Shown: positions 1-13,537 of the stretch, piece after piece
Layout of the letters: every line of letters starts with the position of its first letter
Position numbering within the stretch: position 1 is the stretch's first letter
Assembly: GCA_051294375.1 (NCBI GenBank)
Contig: CM119266.1
Span: forward strand, 3,577,098 to 3,641,097
Length of the DNA: 64,000 bases
Direction: 5' to 3'
Origin: Paraspadella gotoi
Taxonomy: Eukaryota > Animalia > Chaetognatha
Made by a program: the position numbers and the translations under genes
Notes under the pieces: model-generated
The model's database searches: none
What the model saw: only the letters and a program-made list of their open reading frames with translations
Told to the model about the DNA's origin: nothing

Positions 1-161
1 AAATTTACAATTCATAATATACAGGGTGATACAAACTGAAACTTTCTTTCCCTAACCTCTTCGCTCCTCTAACCTCGTTTGTGGCTTCTCTCAAAATCCC
101 TCTATTTATATTCCGCTCCTTCTCCACCATCTTCTCAACATCTCCCTCTACATGCCATGCC

Positions 162-473
162 ATGCCGCTCAGCAACCTTTCCGCTTCCCCGACCTTCATT
201 CGCCTCCAAACGCGAAGGGCAGCGGAAATGACGAAAGATGAGGTCGAATTTTTCGTCGGCGGAGTCCGTCGGCGGGTCGCGTGGAGCCGGCGCGATTGGA
301 GCCATGTTGATGGCCATTTTTACAGGTATGTTTGAGTATGGAATTACTATGTTAAAGGTATGCCATTGAAGTTTAGATAAGGCGAAGAAGGTTTTGTCAT
401 CATGGGCTCAACCTATTTGGCCGCTATTGTTTGATGGTGAACGGGGAAGCCAGCTCTCTCTCTCTCTCCTCTC

Positions 474-531
<58 letters not shown>

Positions 532-1290
532 TTCTTTCGTTTTCAAAGTATTTAAACCCTAGATGTCTAACTCCTCTTGATTATATCTGCATAAAAGTTC
601 TCAGTCACTTCACTCTACATCTCTCTCTCCCTCTCTCATTTTCCCTCTGATTATAATTGTTTTTCCAATAAAAGACTTTTGTCCTCTTCAGTCTTCAGTC
701 TCACCTCTCACTTAAAATCATATGAGAGAATTCTGGGGGACTGAATAAGTTGACTGAGAGAGTTCTCATTGAAGGCTAATTTTGTAAGAATTCAACTTTT
801 TATTAGGGTTTGTTAAAAATTATCCACCGCCACAGATTCAAATATTTTTAATCCGAATATTGTGTTATAATAGTTCGTTGTTCGTAGGACGTTGTGGAAA
901 CTTGCACTTTTTCCATTTTCCAAAAGTGTTGCGAGACAAAACTCATTTGCTGTGGAAGTTTAAATGAAGTCCATTCGTCGAATCTAATTTTCTAATTTAT
1001 CCCTTTTCTAATTTTTATGGAAGACCAAGAGGAAACAGCGCATCTCACGCGAGCGATGATGAATTTCGGGTGAAAATTGTGACTTCAAATTCGATTTTGA
1101 TTTAGACTTTATGGGAAAATAAATAAATAGAAAAAACATCGATCAGGGGATATTTGCGTTGGCCTCCGGAATGGAAAGACATTTTGGTCGACAAACACAT
1201 AGTACGGTGGAGTCGGGGACAAAGTTAGCATCGCTTTGGCGCCGGCATTGGCGGCTTGTGGACTTGAAGGTGTAAGAGAGAGAGAGAGAT

Positions 1291-1323
<33 letters not shown>

Positions 1324-1360
1324 NNNNNNNNNNNNNNNNNNNNNNNNNACTTGAAGGTGT

Positions 1361-1423
<63 letters not shown>

Positions 1424-1728
1424 ACAATGTGCAAGAGAGAAAGCGAAAAGACAGCAATGAAATGCAATGCAAAACGCCGCCTTCTTCTAGGTGCCGATGA
1501 TGTCCGGTCGAGGTTTGGCCTTCACCGGCGGAACTCTTGACAAACTGGAGTCGATCCCGGGTTTCAATGTCTCTCTCGATCAAGAGCAAATGTTGAAAGC
1601 TTTGGAGGAAGTTGGATGCGTCATTGTGGTACCTAATTAGCATTTTACAATCGGAATTTTGTTATATACTGTCATCTTTTTCGCCTGTCTTCTCTCTCTA
1701 CTCCTTCTCTCTCTCTTCTCTCTTCTCT

Positions 1729-1781
<53 letters not shown>

Positions 1782-3150
1782 TAACATTTTTCTCTAGTTC
1801 AACCCTCCTAATTTTATCCCGAATCAAAGCAGGATTTATTCTGGCTTCTGAAAAGGGGCCAAACCACCACTATGCCACCACCTAACCTGACCACTCATTC
1901 AAATATGATCATCCCACCTTTATCCCACCCCACCCAGGCCAGACCACCTCCATGGTTCCAGCGATCGATTCTCTACGGGAATCGCGACGTGAACGGCGAC
2001 GTCGAGAGTCGCCCTCTCGTCACTGCCTCCATTCTGTCCAAGAAAGGGGCCGAGTCCATCTCTCACTTGGTTAGTTGACATGCTGACATGACATGACATG
2101 AATGCTTGATGAGAATAGAACAGATTCAATCTCTTACTTTGTGAGTTGACATGGTTCACGAGGTGACATGCTTTATGAGAATTTGACAGAGTCGGTCGGT
2201 GACATTGTGAGCTGACATGGTTTACGAGTTTGACATGGTTTGGTGAGAATTCGACCGAGCTGACATGGTGAATCGTTATAAGACATGAATGTTTAGGAAG
2301 ATTTCAACAGAGTGAGTCGGCACAATGTGAGTTGGACAGCGGTGACATGAACGTGACATTTTTTCGGAGATACCTCTGAGTTACGGAGTGAATGCCCCTT
2401 CTCCTCTCTCCCCTTAAACTTTCTCCGCTCTCCCCTTTGCTCTCTCTCTCCTCCTTTACTTTCTCCCTCCTCCCTTAAGATAATGGACGTCAAAGTGGGT
2501 ATTCGGGCGCCCTCTCAAATCGATCCACGACGCGGAATCCCTTGGCCGACTTCCTCGTCTCCACGGGGGCGGTGGCCTGGACATCGAGACGACGGCGATG
2601 TTGACGAGATGACGCGCCCATCGGGAGATGCGTCGGGAACGCGTTGGATATCCGCGAGGCGCGGGGGGCGGGGGATGGACGACGTTGAGGGGGGTCGGGA
2701 AGAGAGACTTTTGTGGAGCTTGGTCCACGGAAGCAGGCTGGGGGTGATTGGGGTATAATTGGGTTGGTTGGGGTGATTGGGGTGATTGGGGGGGATTGGG
2801 GGTGATTGGGGTGACTGGAGTGTTGGGGATTCGAGGCGTTCATACTCTCTCTTAGAGAGAGAGAGAGAGAGAGAGAGAGAATAACAATTGGCAAGAGAGA
2901 AAGCGAAAAGACAGCAATGAAATGCAATGCAAAACGCCGCCTTCTTCTAGGTGCCGATGATGTCCGGTCGAGGTTTGGCCTTCACCGGCGGAACTCTTGA
3001 CAAACTGGAGTCGATCCCGGGTTTCAATGTCTCTCTCGATCAAGAGCAAATGTTGAAAGCTTTGGAGGAAGTTGGATGCGTCATTGTGGGTACCTAATTA
3101 GCATTAAAGCCAATCGAATTTTGTTTTAATGTAAACTTTTTCCCTTCAGG

Positions 3151-3240
<90 letters not shown>

Positions 3241-6200
3241 TCTCTCATCTCTTCCCTCCTAACATTTTTCTCTAGTTCAACCCTCCTAATTTTATCCCGA
3301 ATCAAAGCAGATTTATTCTGGCTTCTGAAAAGGGGCCAAACCACCACTATGCCACCACCTAACCTGACCACTCATTCAAATATGATCATCCCACCTTTAT
3401 CCCACCCCACCCAGGCCAGACCACCTCCATGGTTCCAGCGGATCGAATTCTCTACGGAATCCGCGACGTGACGGCGACTGTCGAGAGTCGCCCTCTCGTC
3501 ACTGCCTCCATTCTGTCCAAGAAAGGGGCCGAGTCCATCTCTCACTTGGTTAGTTGACATGCTGACATGACATGACATGAATGCTTGATGAGAATAGAAC
3601 AGATTCAATCTCTTACTTTGTGAGTTGACATGGTTCACGAGGTGACATGCTTTATGAGAATTTGACAGAGTCGGTCGGTGACATTGTGAGCTGACATGGT
3701 TTACGAGTGGACATTAAGGCGTAGTAAAATTTCTAAATTTAACTTTAATTAAAATTCTAAAAGTGAAGAACGAACAACATTATATTAATGAACATTTATG
3801 TAATAACAAAATTTATAATAAATTTTACAATTTACGCAGTAGGCCATATTTATACTAGTACTAAATCAATAAATGTTAAAATTTCAAAACAGTTTTTTCT
3901 AAGATTTTTTTGCAGATTTGGATTCGTCATAAAAAGTTGATAAAAAGAAATATAATTCTTTTTGAAAAATTCCTTCATTAAGTGGGTCAAAAATTAGAAA
4001 AAGCTATATTTTAAGCTGAAAATTAATTTTTTATATATTAAATATAGTTTTTTAAATTTTTAACCCACTTAATGAAAGAATTTTTAAAAATGATTTATAT
4101 TTTCTTATATCAACTTTTGACGAGGAATTCAAATCTGCAATCAAAATTAAGAAAAGCTTATTTTGAAATTTTTCGATTTTATAAGGATAGTACCATATAT
4201 AAATATAGCCTACTGCGAAAATTAAAAAACATAAAATTATTTTTTTTTACAAATTAATGTTTACTGATGGTATGTTGTTCATAATTGACTTTTAGAATTT
4301 TCGTATGTAACTTTCACTACGCCTTAGTGGACATGGTTGGTGAGAATTCGACCGAGCTGACATGGTGAATGGTTATAAGACATGAAATGTTTTAGGAGAT
4401 TTCAACAGAGTGAGTCGGTCACAATGTGAGTTGACAGGGTGACATGAGGTGACATTTCTTCAGAGTATACCTCTGAGTTACGGAGTTAAGGACCTGGTAT
4501 TTTAAATGACGAAACTGTGAATGCCCCTTCTCCCTCTCTCCCCTTAACTTTCTCCCTCTCCCCTTCTCTCCTTATTCCCGCTTAACTTTCTCCCTCTGCC
4601 GCCTTCTCCCTCTTCCCCTTAACTTTCTCTCTCCCTTCTCCCTCTCTCCCTTTACTTTCGTCCCTCTCTCCTCTTCCTCTCTCCCTTTTCTTCTCTCTCT
4701 CCCTTCTCTTTCTCTCCCCTTAAACTTTCTCCCTCTCTCCTTATACTCTCTCCCCTTACTTTCTCCCTATCCCCTTCTCCCTCTCTCCTTATTTCTCGCC
4801 TCTCCCTTCTCTCCATCTTCCCCTTTAATTTCTCCCTCCCTTAAGATAATGGACGTCAAAGTGGGTTCGGGCGCCCTCTTCAAATCGATCCACGACGCGG
4901 AATCCCTGGCCGACTTCCTCGTCTCCACGGGGGCGTTGCTGGGCATCGAGACGACGGCGATGTTGACGAGGATGGACGCGCCCATCGGGAGATGCGTCGA
5001 AACGCGTGGAGTCGCGAGGCGCTGGAGGTTGAGGGGTCGGGGAAGAAGAGACTTTGTGGAGCTGGTCACGAAGCAGGTGGGGGGTGATTGGGGTAATTGG
5101 GGGTGATTGGGGTGATTTGGGGGTGACGGGTGGTTGGGGGTGGTGGGGTGGTTGGGGGATTGAGGGTTTCAAGGGTCAATCACGGGGTCAGGTCAACGGG
5201 TCGGTATCAGGATTACATGGTGGGTCAAGTTCAAAGGGTTAGGTTTAGGGTTAGTTTAGGTCTGGGTTAATAGATCGAGTGGTCGAGTCTCTCCTTCTCT
5301 CTCTCTCTCTCTCTTCTTCTCTTCTCTCTCTCTCTCCAACCCTTCAGGGCGGCCACCTCCTCTACAAACGCCGGCCGCGCCGCCTTCCGCGCTGCTGACA
5401 TCCTCGCGGCTCTGCAGGACGGCACCGCGCTGCGGAAATTACGAGAAATGCTTCGGGCGCAGGGCGTCGCTGCGTCGGCGGCGGAGACGCTGTGCGGAGA
5501 AAGTGGGGAAGAGGATTGGAAGGTGATGGAGTTGATGGAGTTGTTGTTGTTGTTTTTTTGTGTTTTTTTGGTTCCTTTTGGTTGTTGTTGTTATTTTTTA
5601 TTTTGTTTTTCGTTTTGGTTGTGTTGTTGTTTAAGTTGATTATGTTATCTTAATTTTTATTTATTTGTTTTAGTTGTTGTCATTGTGATTGTTGTTATCA
5701 GTTTTGTTTATGTTTATTTGTTATAATTGTTTTGGTTGTTTCGGTTTTATTTTGTTTTATTGATTTGGTTGACTTTGTTTTTCTTGTTATTTTGATAATG
5801 TTGTTGTTACTTGTTATTATGTTGGTTGTTGTGTTGAAGTTTTTGTTCACATTTTATATGTTCTCATTGATGTTGTTTTTGGGGTTTTTTTTGTAGCCTC
5901 CATTTTTTAGATAAAGAAAGGGAAGCCAAATGAATAAAAATTAATTCATTACGCGTAACGAAGTAATGACGTAATAACTAATCGATAGCTTTAAAAAGAA
6001 AACTATCACCATTGGTGCATGGAAGCATTTTAATATTTAACAATATAAAAAAAATTGGAGAAATTTTAAATTTTTAAAAATGGATTCTTATAAAAGATTA
6101 AAAAGTTAGATAAAGGTTAGTATTACAAATTTTAAAAATTTTGATGATAAAAAATTAAAAAACTTTAAAAAATCATCATCATCGTCATCATTCAATAAAT

Positions 6201-8143
6201 CTGATAGTTGATATTAATTTTTATGAATAAATCATTAAAATTTCAAAAGGTTGTAAACTTGTAATAAATAACCTTTATCTAACTTCTCAAGCTTTATCAG
6301 AATCTGATAGAAAAATTAAAATTTACCCCATTATATAGTATTTGGATAATATGTCTGCGTCGGCGTCACGCTTATTTTCTTTTATAGTTTTGACTGGGGC
6401 TTACAATTTTTTTAAAATTAAAACTACTACGAATTACAATGGATTTTTGTAAAAGTGTGCGATCATAGTAAGTTAAAAATTTAGATATGGCTTCTCATCT
6501 TCAAGATCCTTGCAATTGTCATGTTTCATATGGAATCAAGTATTTTTTGATAGTAACGTCTGGCGAGATCACTGTACTTTTAAGATTTTTTTGCTCCGTT
6601 TTATTATTCATTGTCCAGTGGACAGTGTCCAGTGTCCACCCCAGTGAGGATCCTGAGTGGACCCTGACAAAAGATGTCATTTCCAGGTCATGCGAAGAGC
6701 CAAGTTTCAAAACGACGTCTTTTCTCCCGAGTCGGGAAAATTGAAAACTATCGACGCGCTTACGGTGGCACAGGTAAGAATCAAAAAGTCAGTCAGTTTA
6801 TCAGTCGGATCTGCTTATCCCAGATTCCGACTCTATAATTCACTTTGTCGGTCCGTCGGTCCCACCCCAAAATCTTGTCGGTAAATAATTTTTATCATAT
6901 CAGAACCTCAAATTATGATAAAATATGCAAGAAAATGATGTCCGTTCATCGGTCTGTCTGTCTGTCTGTCTGTCTGTCTGTTCAAATTATGCCAGCTGAC
7001 CAAATTTTGTCAGTTGTCCAAATTATGCTAGTTGACCAAATAATGCAAGTTGATTGAATTATGCAAATTGACCAAATTATGCAAAATTACAAAATTATGC
7101 AAGTTGGTATTGGTGCAGCTACTCGTAATAAGTTTTTTTCATAGATTTATTAAGAAGTCTGTTATGATTTGTTATGTAATAATTTGTTAGGATCTGTTAA
7201 GATCACAAATTGAATGTCAGAAAAAATTACCGTGATTTATCTTTGGATTAGCTTATTACCGCTTAATTATCGTAGGCAGATCCGACATTGTTTTCTCTAA
7301 CTTGTTAAACCTTTAACCGTCTAATTTTTTCCTCGCTCGAGAATTAAACTTTTCTTTCTCAACCTTACCTTTGTTTCAAATTTTGTTCTAGCTTCTTTTT
7401 TGAATTGTAATGATTTAATCCGAGTTATTGCAACGGTGGGATTGCCAGTAGCTCAACAACTAGGACGGCGACCCTCTGTGACGTTCTCCTGTCACTGGCA
7501 TATTTACGTAAACCGTTCCCGTCTCATTTTAGACAGAAATGGGAAACCCAGGGATTGTACCCGGGGCGAACGGTTGAAACAAGGTCATATCGCAACAGAC
7601 CGAAAGTCTTTACGTTAACTTTTTCTCTTTTGAACATTTAAAACCCGGTTCCCACTGTACCAAGGTGTGCGGATCACTCGGTAGCGGTAGAGCGAAATCC
7701 AGCGACATAATCGATCACTCTGTAGGGATCGAGATTTTGAGAGAATACGGAGACAGAGTGGAAAAAGGAGAAGCTCTCCTCAGGTACGGATATCAGTCTG
7801 TCCATTTGTCTGTCCCTCACGTTTATGTTCTTTCGGTGACAATATTTCTTTTCCTGTTCGAATGAGAGATAATTTATATTTTAAAGTCGAAAGAAAGACA
7901 GGAAAAAAAGAAAGAAAGAAAGAAAAAAGAAAAAAATATATATAAACACTATGTGAATACACTGAATGTCATAAATGTCACAGAGTCCATCACAATTTTG
8001 ATCATCTGGCGGAAGAAACATTGCAAAGACTGAGAGAAGCCGTCGTCATAGCGACCGGACTACGCGACGACGACGACGACGACGACGACAAATCCATGGT
8101 GTTGAAAGTGATAAAAAGCGAATCCAACGGAACAAAGAGTTGA
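162..8143 (+). CDS. TYMP: Thymidine phosphorylase (multi-exon; 5' exons have indels; middle exons present twice)
   Basis: Exons at about 162-325, 1021-1069, 1147-1269, 1491-1629, 1937-2069, 2480-2735 (last three repeated at 2951-5076), 5348-5522, 6688-6773, 7665-7783, 7985-8143. They encode motifs close to [68 protein letters not shown]. Stop TGA at 8141-8143. Confidence 0.9.
3715..4326. mobile_element. hAT-type foldback MITE
   Basis: Termini TAAGGCGTAGTAAAA / TTTCACTACGCCTTA; 8-bp TSD GTGGACAT at 3707-3714 and 4327-4334; internally palindromic; absent from the other copy of this intron near 2230. Confidence 0.85.
5890..6407. mobile_element. Degenerate palindromic MITE-like element
   Basis: Ends TTGTAGCCTCCA / TGGGGCTTACAA; internal inverted match AAAGTTAGATAAAGGTTAGTATTACAA vs TTGTAATAAATAACCTTTATCTAACTT. 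Confidence 0.5.
6805..7305 (+). mobile_element. DINE-1/Helentron-like non-autonomous element, family A
   Basis: Sub-terminal IR GGATCTGC..GCAGATCC, 5' partial IR, GTCY microsatellite, central 18-bp repeats (GTTGACCAAATTATGCAA); homologous copies at about 31455-31960 and 39560-39910. Confidence 0.65.
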
Positions 8144-8782
8144 CCCGTTGATTGGACAACTTTTTCTTTTTAAAGCTTAGGTTCGAAATGCGATAAAATT
8201 GTTGATGTTCTAATTATTATTTACTGTTATTTCGGGATTTTTAATTGGGCTTTTTGACATGTCAATCAAAGGAAATACATTACTGCTACACTTTTGGCAT
8301 TTGTACTTCATCCGATTGTACTAAATCTCATTTTGAAAATACTTCTAAACAAAAAAAGTCCTAGTTAAGAAGTTAAGAAATTCATCATTACACACACTAC
8401 AGAATATTAGGAGAAAACAACGTATCTCTTTATGAAGTCATTTTTATTCTCAATGAAATATTAAAATGAAGAGGAAAAAATGAAATTAATACAGAATCAA
8501 ACACAAACCAAAAATTTAAAATCGGGATTTACAAGTTTGTTGTGGTAAACTTTATACAAATATGTACACATTGTAGAGTCACAAAATAAATGTATTTGGA
8601 AAGGGTTTAGGACGACGACGACGACGACGACGACGACGAAGAAGACAACGGGACGCGAGATTTACGAGATCCGTTAACTTTGATTATTTCGAGCTCATTT
8701 AGGTTGTTTATTACTATAAAATTTTACACGATGCAATATAAATCATGGGTCCCCACCCAGGCCCGGAGCGGCGAGTGCCTCC

Positions 8783-9930
8783 TCAGATTTCCACTCCCAT
8801 CTTCAAAAGATCTTCTTCAGCTTTGGAGCAAATGTCGGGACCTTTCTCTCCCCAGCAGGGAGTCGATCTGTAGAAAGAAGAGAGAAAGTAGAAAGAGAGA
8901 GAATTATTTTTCTGTAGCAAAATAGAGGTTCCATTGTGAATTGTCCCCAATGTACATCGGTGGTGAAATCGTCTTCACCACATTTTTAATCACACACTTG
9001 CATACACAACACGCACGCACACGCATTTAATATCTCCCACACTCACGACTGATTCACAGGCTCAATCTCTCACACTCACGATTGTGATTCGTCGTCCGGC
9101 GGATCAACTTTGATACTCGGAATTTCCGCGATTTTGTTGGCGCAAGAATTCGTTCGTCCCTGCGGGTAAGGGGGTTGGGTGAGGTATGGGGAAGGTAGGT
9201 GTGAGTTTGAGGTGGGGGTCGGGGTTAGTTTGTAGTGATTTTCAGGGAGAGGACGGACAGCATTACGGACGGACGGAAGGACGGACGGACGGACGGACGG
9301 ATGGATGGACGGGCGGATGGACGGACGGACAGCATTACCCTAGTAATAAACGTATAAACGATAGACAGAAGGATGAACAGAAAGACAGAGAAAGGGAGTA
9401 ACCGACAGAACAGTGACTCGCGGCGTAACTAATAAAAACTCTTTAAAATTACTACATGCGCTGAATGTTTAAATCTACTTCGAGGGGCACTCGGTAAAGT
9501 AAGAAACTCTTTAGTTTGCCAAAGTAAAGGAAACACTTTGAGCATTGTTTTTTAGCCTCTTCCTGTTTCTCCATGCCTTTTTTTAGCCTCCTCCTGTTTC
9601 ACCATGCCTCTCTAATGCATTTTTCGCTCTTCCACCTCGGTCCTGAGCCACCTATTTTAATTTTGATTAACATTTATTTTTAAAATATGATTTTAAAGTA
9701 TATCTTTTAAGATATTTATGATAATATATATATTTTTAAATAATATGATATTCATAGTAATGCAAGTAATCAGCTCCTTCCATCCTCCTTACCTTGAGCA
9801 CCCTGCTGAAATAACCGCAGATCATCAGCGCCAAAATCAGCGCCAAAATCAGCGCCACCGACGACAAAAGAAGAAAAACCAGCGTTGGTGACGCGAGCGA
9901 CGCCCACTTGACGATGGACGCCGGCGTCAT
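8783..9930 (-). CDS. Orphan 100-aa single-pass membrane protein
   Basis: Three phase-consistent GT-AG exons 9793-9930, 9080-9159, 8783-8867: MTPASIVKWASLASPTLVFLLLSSVALILALILALMICGYFSRVLKGRTNSCANKIAEIPSIKVDPPDDESQSSTPCWGEKGPDICSKAEEDLLKMGVEI*; AATAAA on minus strand near 8445. Confidence 0.7.
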
Positions 9931-10030
9931 GACCACCCAAGTTACGCCATCTTCGCGTCATCGACGCATTCGGGCATCGCGCCTTTTTTTCGTGTGTGCG
10001 GGTGTTTGTCTGACGCCAGGAGTTCGATGA

Positions 10031-10082
10031 TCACGTGATCAGAAGTCGATGATCACGTGACTGAAAGTCGATGATCACGTGA
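10031..10082. promoter_or_regulatory. Three tandem TCACGTGA E-boxes (CLEAR/USF/MiT-type)
   Basis: TCACGTGA at 10031, 10053 and 10075, 22-bp period, 100-150 bp upstream of the ATG at 9930. Confidence 0.6.
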
Positions 10083-10332
10083 CGAGAAATAAGCGAAGGC
10101 TCATTTTAGGTTCGAGGTCGCGTTGACGTCTGACAGAGCGAGAGCGAGAGCGAGAGGTAGTTTGGGAGAGAGAGAGAGAGAGAGAGAGAGAGGAGCGAGA
10201 GAGAGAGGGAGAGACGAGAGAGAGAAGAGAGAGAGAGAGAGTCATTAACGAAAAATATAAAAAAACCGAAAGGCGGAGTTTTGCTCAAGGATTTAGTCAG
10301 AGATAAGGCAGCTAGCTGAACTAGTATGGAAG

Positions 10333-10384
<52 letters not shown>

Positions 10385-10548
10385 AGAGAGAAGAGAAGAG
10401 AGAGCGAATCAGAAAAAAATTGTGGAGGGAAAGAATTGAGTGCGGTGGAATCGGAGAAGGCAATATGGAAAACCGGGGATTTAAAAAGAACGAGAGAAGA
10501 GAGAGAGAGAGCAGAGAGAGAGAGAGAGAGAGAGAGGCGAGAGAGAGA

Positions 10549-10590
<42 letters not shown>

Positions 10591-10934
10591 TGTTAAAAAG
10601 AGACAACGAGAGAGAGTGAGTGGTGAAGCCCTTGCCGCATCAGCGACAATTCGTGACACATGCCTCTGTGGTGTTTTTGGTTAGATTTCCGCATTTCGCC
10701 TAAGAGGTTCCGCGTTCAATCCAGGATCATTCCTTTTTTTTGAAATAGGAGGCTGTCCAGAAAATCAATGTTGTTGTCAAGTTATAAATCAGATATTTAA
10801 GAATTGAGAAGCTTATACTACCTACAGTTACATTTTTAATTTGAAATAGTTAAATATTTCGTTTATTAGTAATTGTATTTATGATTATAATTTGTAATTT
10901 TGTTTTTAATAATCATTGAAAAATTGCATCAAAG

Positions 10935-11650
10935 AAAATGATGACGACGACTGCGACGACGACGACGACGACGATAACGAAGATCACGACGAAGACGACG
11001 ACATTTTGACAATGATAACATCGATGACGATGTGATAATGTCATTTTGACAATGATAGCAGCGATGACGATGATGTTAATGACATTTTGACAATGATAAC
11101 ATCGATGACGATGAAGATAATGACATTTTGACAATGATAACATCGATGACGATGTGATAATGTCATTTTGACAATGATAGCAGCGATGACGATGATGTTA
11201 ATGATAAGGAAGACGTTGATACTGAAGAAGATAATAACAATGATGGCAATGAAATTAACGACAACAATGACAATGACAATAATAAAGATACTTTGCTATT
11301 GACCCTGGAGACGATACAATTACTTGAACAATAACAAAGATATTAATGATAGTTATGACATTAACGATTGCAACTGCGATGACAATGAAAAAGACACTCA
11401 AGAAGATGACAATTACTTGAATGATTACAAAGATAACAAGTATGGCGGTTACATTAATGACGACAAAAGCGATGACGATGGATAAGATAACAATGACGAA
11501 TAACGACAACGATGATAACGACGAAGAGGGAAGGAAAGCAGATGACGACGACGACGACGACGACGATAGTGGCGACGACGACGATGCCGGCGACGACGCT
11601 TCCCACAATGACGACGAAGGCGACGACAACAACGACGACGACGATGACGC
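10935..11650. repeat. GAC/GAT-rich low-complexity repeat with local duplications
   Basis: (GAC)n tracts and repeated GACATTTTGACAATGATAACATCGATGACGATG units. Confidence 0.8.
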
Positions 11651-12039
11651 CTTTTGAGATTCTGAGATAATCGCTTTAGTCTCTCTCTCTTCGTTTCGGT
11701 TGCACTTAGAGTTAACTTGTTTATTAATTAAAGTATAAGTTAATCAACATTTTCATGTGTCTTGATTTGTATATTTTGTTATTAATGTCGCATTGACAAA
11801 TTGGCTTTCAATTGTGTCATTCTAATAAATAGTTTTAGAATATTAATAAAATTAGTTGTAGATTTGTTTAGTTTTAAATGGTTTCCTACCTCAAACGAAA
11901 TGAGTTAAAAGTATTGCATACTTTATTTATTCATTTTCCGTGATTATTTATATTTCATTGATCTTTTTTATTTTTTTTTCTACTTTCGTTTCATGTTGAG
12001 AATAAAAAGAAAAGAAGACAAGATAGGAGAAAACATTAT

Positions 12040-12093
<54 letters not shown>

Positions 12094-12176
12094 GGAGAGA
12101 CTCAGAAAATCGATATATAAAAACGTGAGATAAAAAAGGATGAGACGATTTTCATCTAATGATTTCCGCACAACTA

Positions 12177-13130
12177 CAGGGTGACAATTTTACAAGCGCC
12201 GGTAGAAATACGCTGTCATTTGCAAACCAGTAGTTATTTCATTGATTTTAAAAATTAGTTGAGTAGAACATATTAAAGTCATTTATGTGTTCAAATTTTA
12301 TATTGATCAGTTAAGATACGCCTTTGCAATGAATGTAGAAAGTTGGCTTGTAAAATCGGGTTTCATTTTCCAACTCACTGTTTTTAATTTTTTTTTTTCA
12401 ACTTTTAGTTCTTTTTTAAACAAAGTATTTATTATGATATTAACAATATTAATATCCTCAGAAAGCCCTTGAAAAAATGAAGAGAATGATATACTTACGA
12501 AAGCTCTAACATAAAAATTAAACTGCCCAGCCTTGGTTCAATTAAGAGAGTCAAAAGTTAATTATCTAAAATTTTAAATCTTTTTTTAAAATATATGACC
12601 TGAGTAAATTATTATAACATAAAATATTATAATTTATATAAGTATCATGAAAGAGCCTGAAAAAAAGAGATTTAAGATAGCAAATCACAATTTGATAGAA
12701 ATCTTAAATTTACTCTCCAGCTATTGATTTTTAGAAATATGTCTTGTTTTTGAGTATCGTAATTAAATTAAAGCTGGGCCGGTTAAATTTTATACTACAG
12801 TATTTGCAAGTATGTTATTCTCTTTAGATTTGAAAGGGCTTTCAGAAGATAATAATATTAATATTATTCTATTTAAAATTTCTTCAGAAAACTTACTGAA
12901 AGTAAGAAAAAAGATTGAATCTAAAAAAGTAAGTTAGAAAATAAAACCAGATTTTACAAGCCAACTTTCTCCACTCATTGCCAAGGCATATCTTAACTGA
13001 TCAATATAAAATTTGAACACATAAATGACTTTAATATGTTCTACTAAACTAATTTTTAAGATCAATAAAATAACCACTGGTTTGCAAATGACAGCATATT
13101 TCTACCGGCGCTTGTAAAATTGTCACCATG
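12177..13130. mobile_element. Tc1/mariner-type foldback MITE
   Basis: TA|CAGGGTGACAATTTTACAAGCGCCGGTAG ... CTACCGGCGCTTGTAAAATTGTCACCATG|TA; inverted arms extend several hundred bp; TA TSD. Confidence 0.9.
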
Positions 13131-13222
13131 TATCTCTGTCTCTTATGTCACTTCAGCGAGAGAGACAGAGAGAGAGAGAGAGGGAGAGAGAGAGATAGAG
13201 AGAAGGAGAGATGGAGAGAGAG

Positions 13223-13277
<55 letters not shown>

Positions 13278-13370
13278 AAACTGCTGATTCAGAGGAATCG
13301 ATTCAAAATTCCGTTTATTTTCGATGTCAGCAAAATAAACAATCAATTATTTCTTATGTCAACCCTTCGC

Positions 13371-13537
13371 CCTTTTTGGCCCCGCCGCCCCCTGTTAAGC
13401 CGCTCAGCCCATTTAACCCCTTTGCCCGCCGCCCCCTGTTAGCCGCTCAGCCCCATTTTAACCCTTTGGCCCCCGCCGCCCCCTGTAAAGCCACTCATCC
13501 CATTTTAACCCCTTTGGCCCCGCCGCCCCCTTTAGCC
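13371..13537. repeat. ~45-bp GC-rich minisatellite, about 3.5 copies
   Basis: Unit approx GGCCCCGCCGCCCCCTGTTAAGCCGCTCAGCCCATTTTAACCCTTT. Confidence 0.8.

Noticed and set aside
11255-11657. Asp-rich or Ser-rich ORFs (also 63069-63462)
   Set aside because: GAC/GAT microsatellites, ubiquitous in this genome, with no splice or start context.
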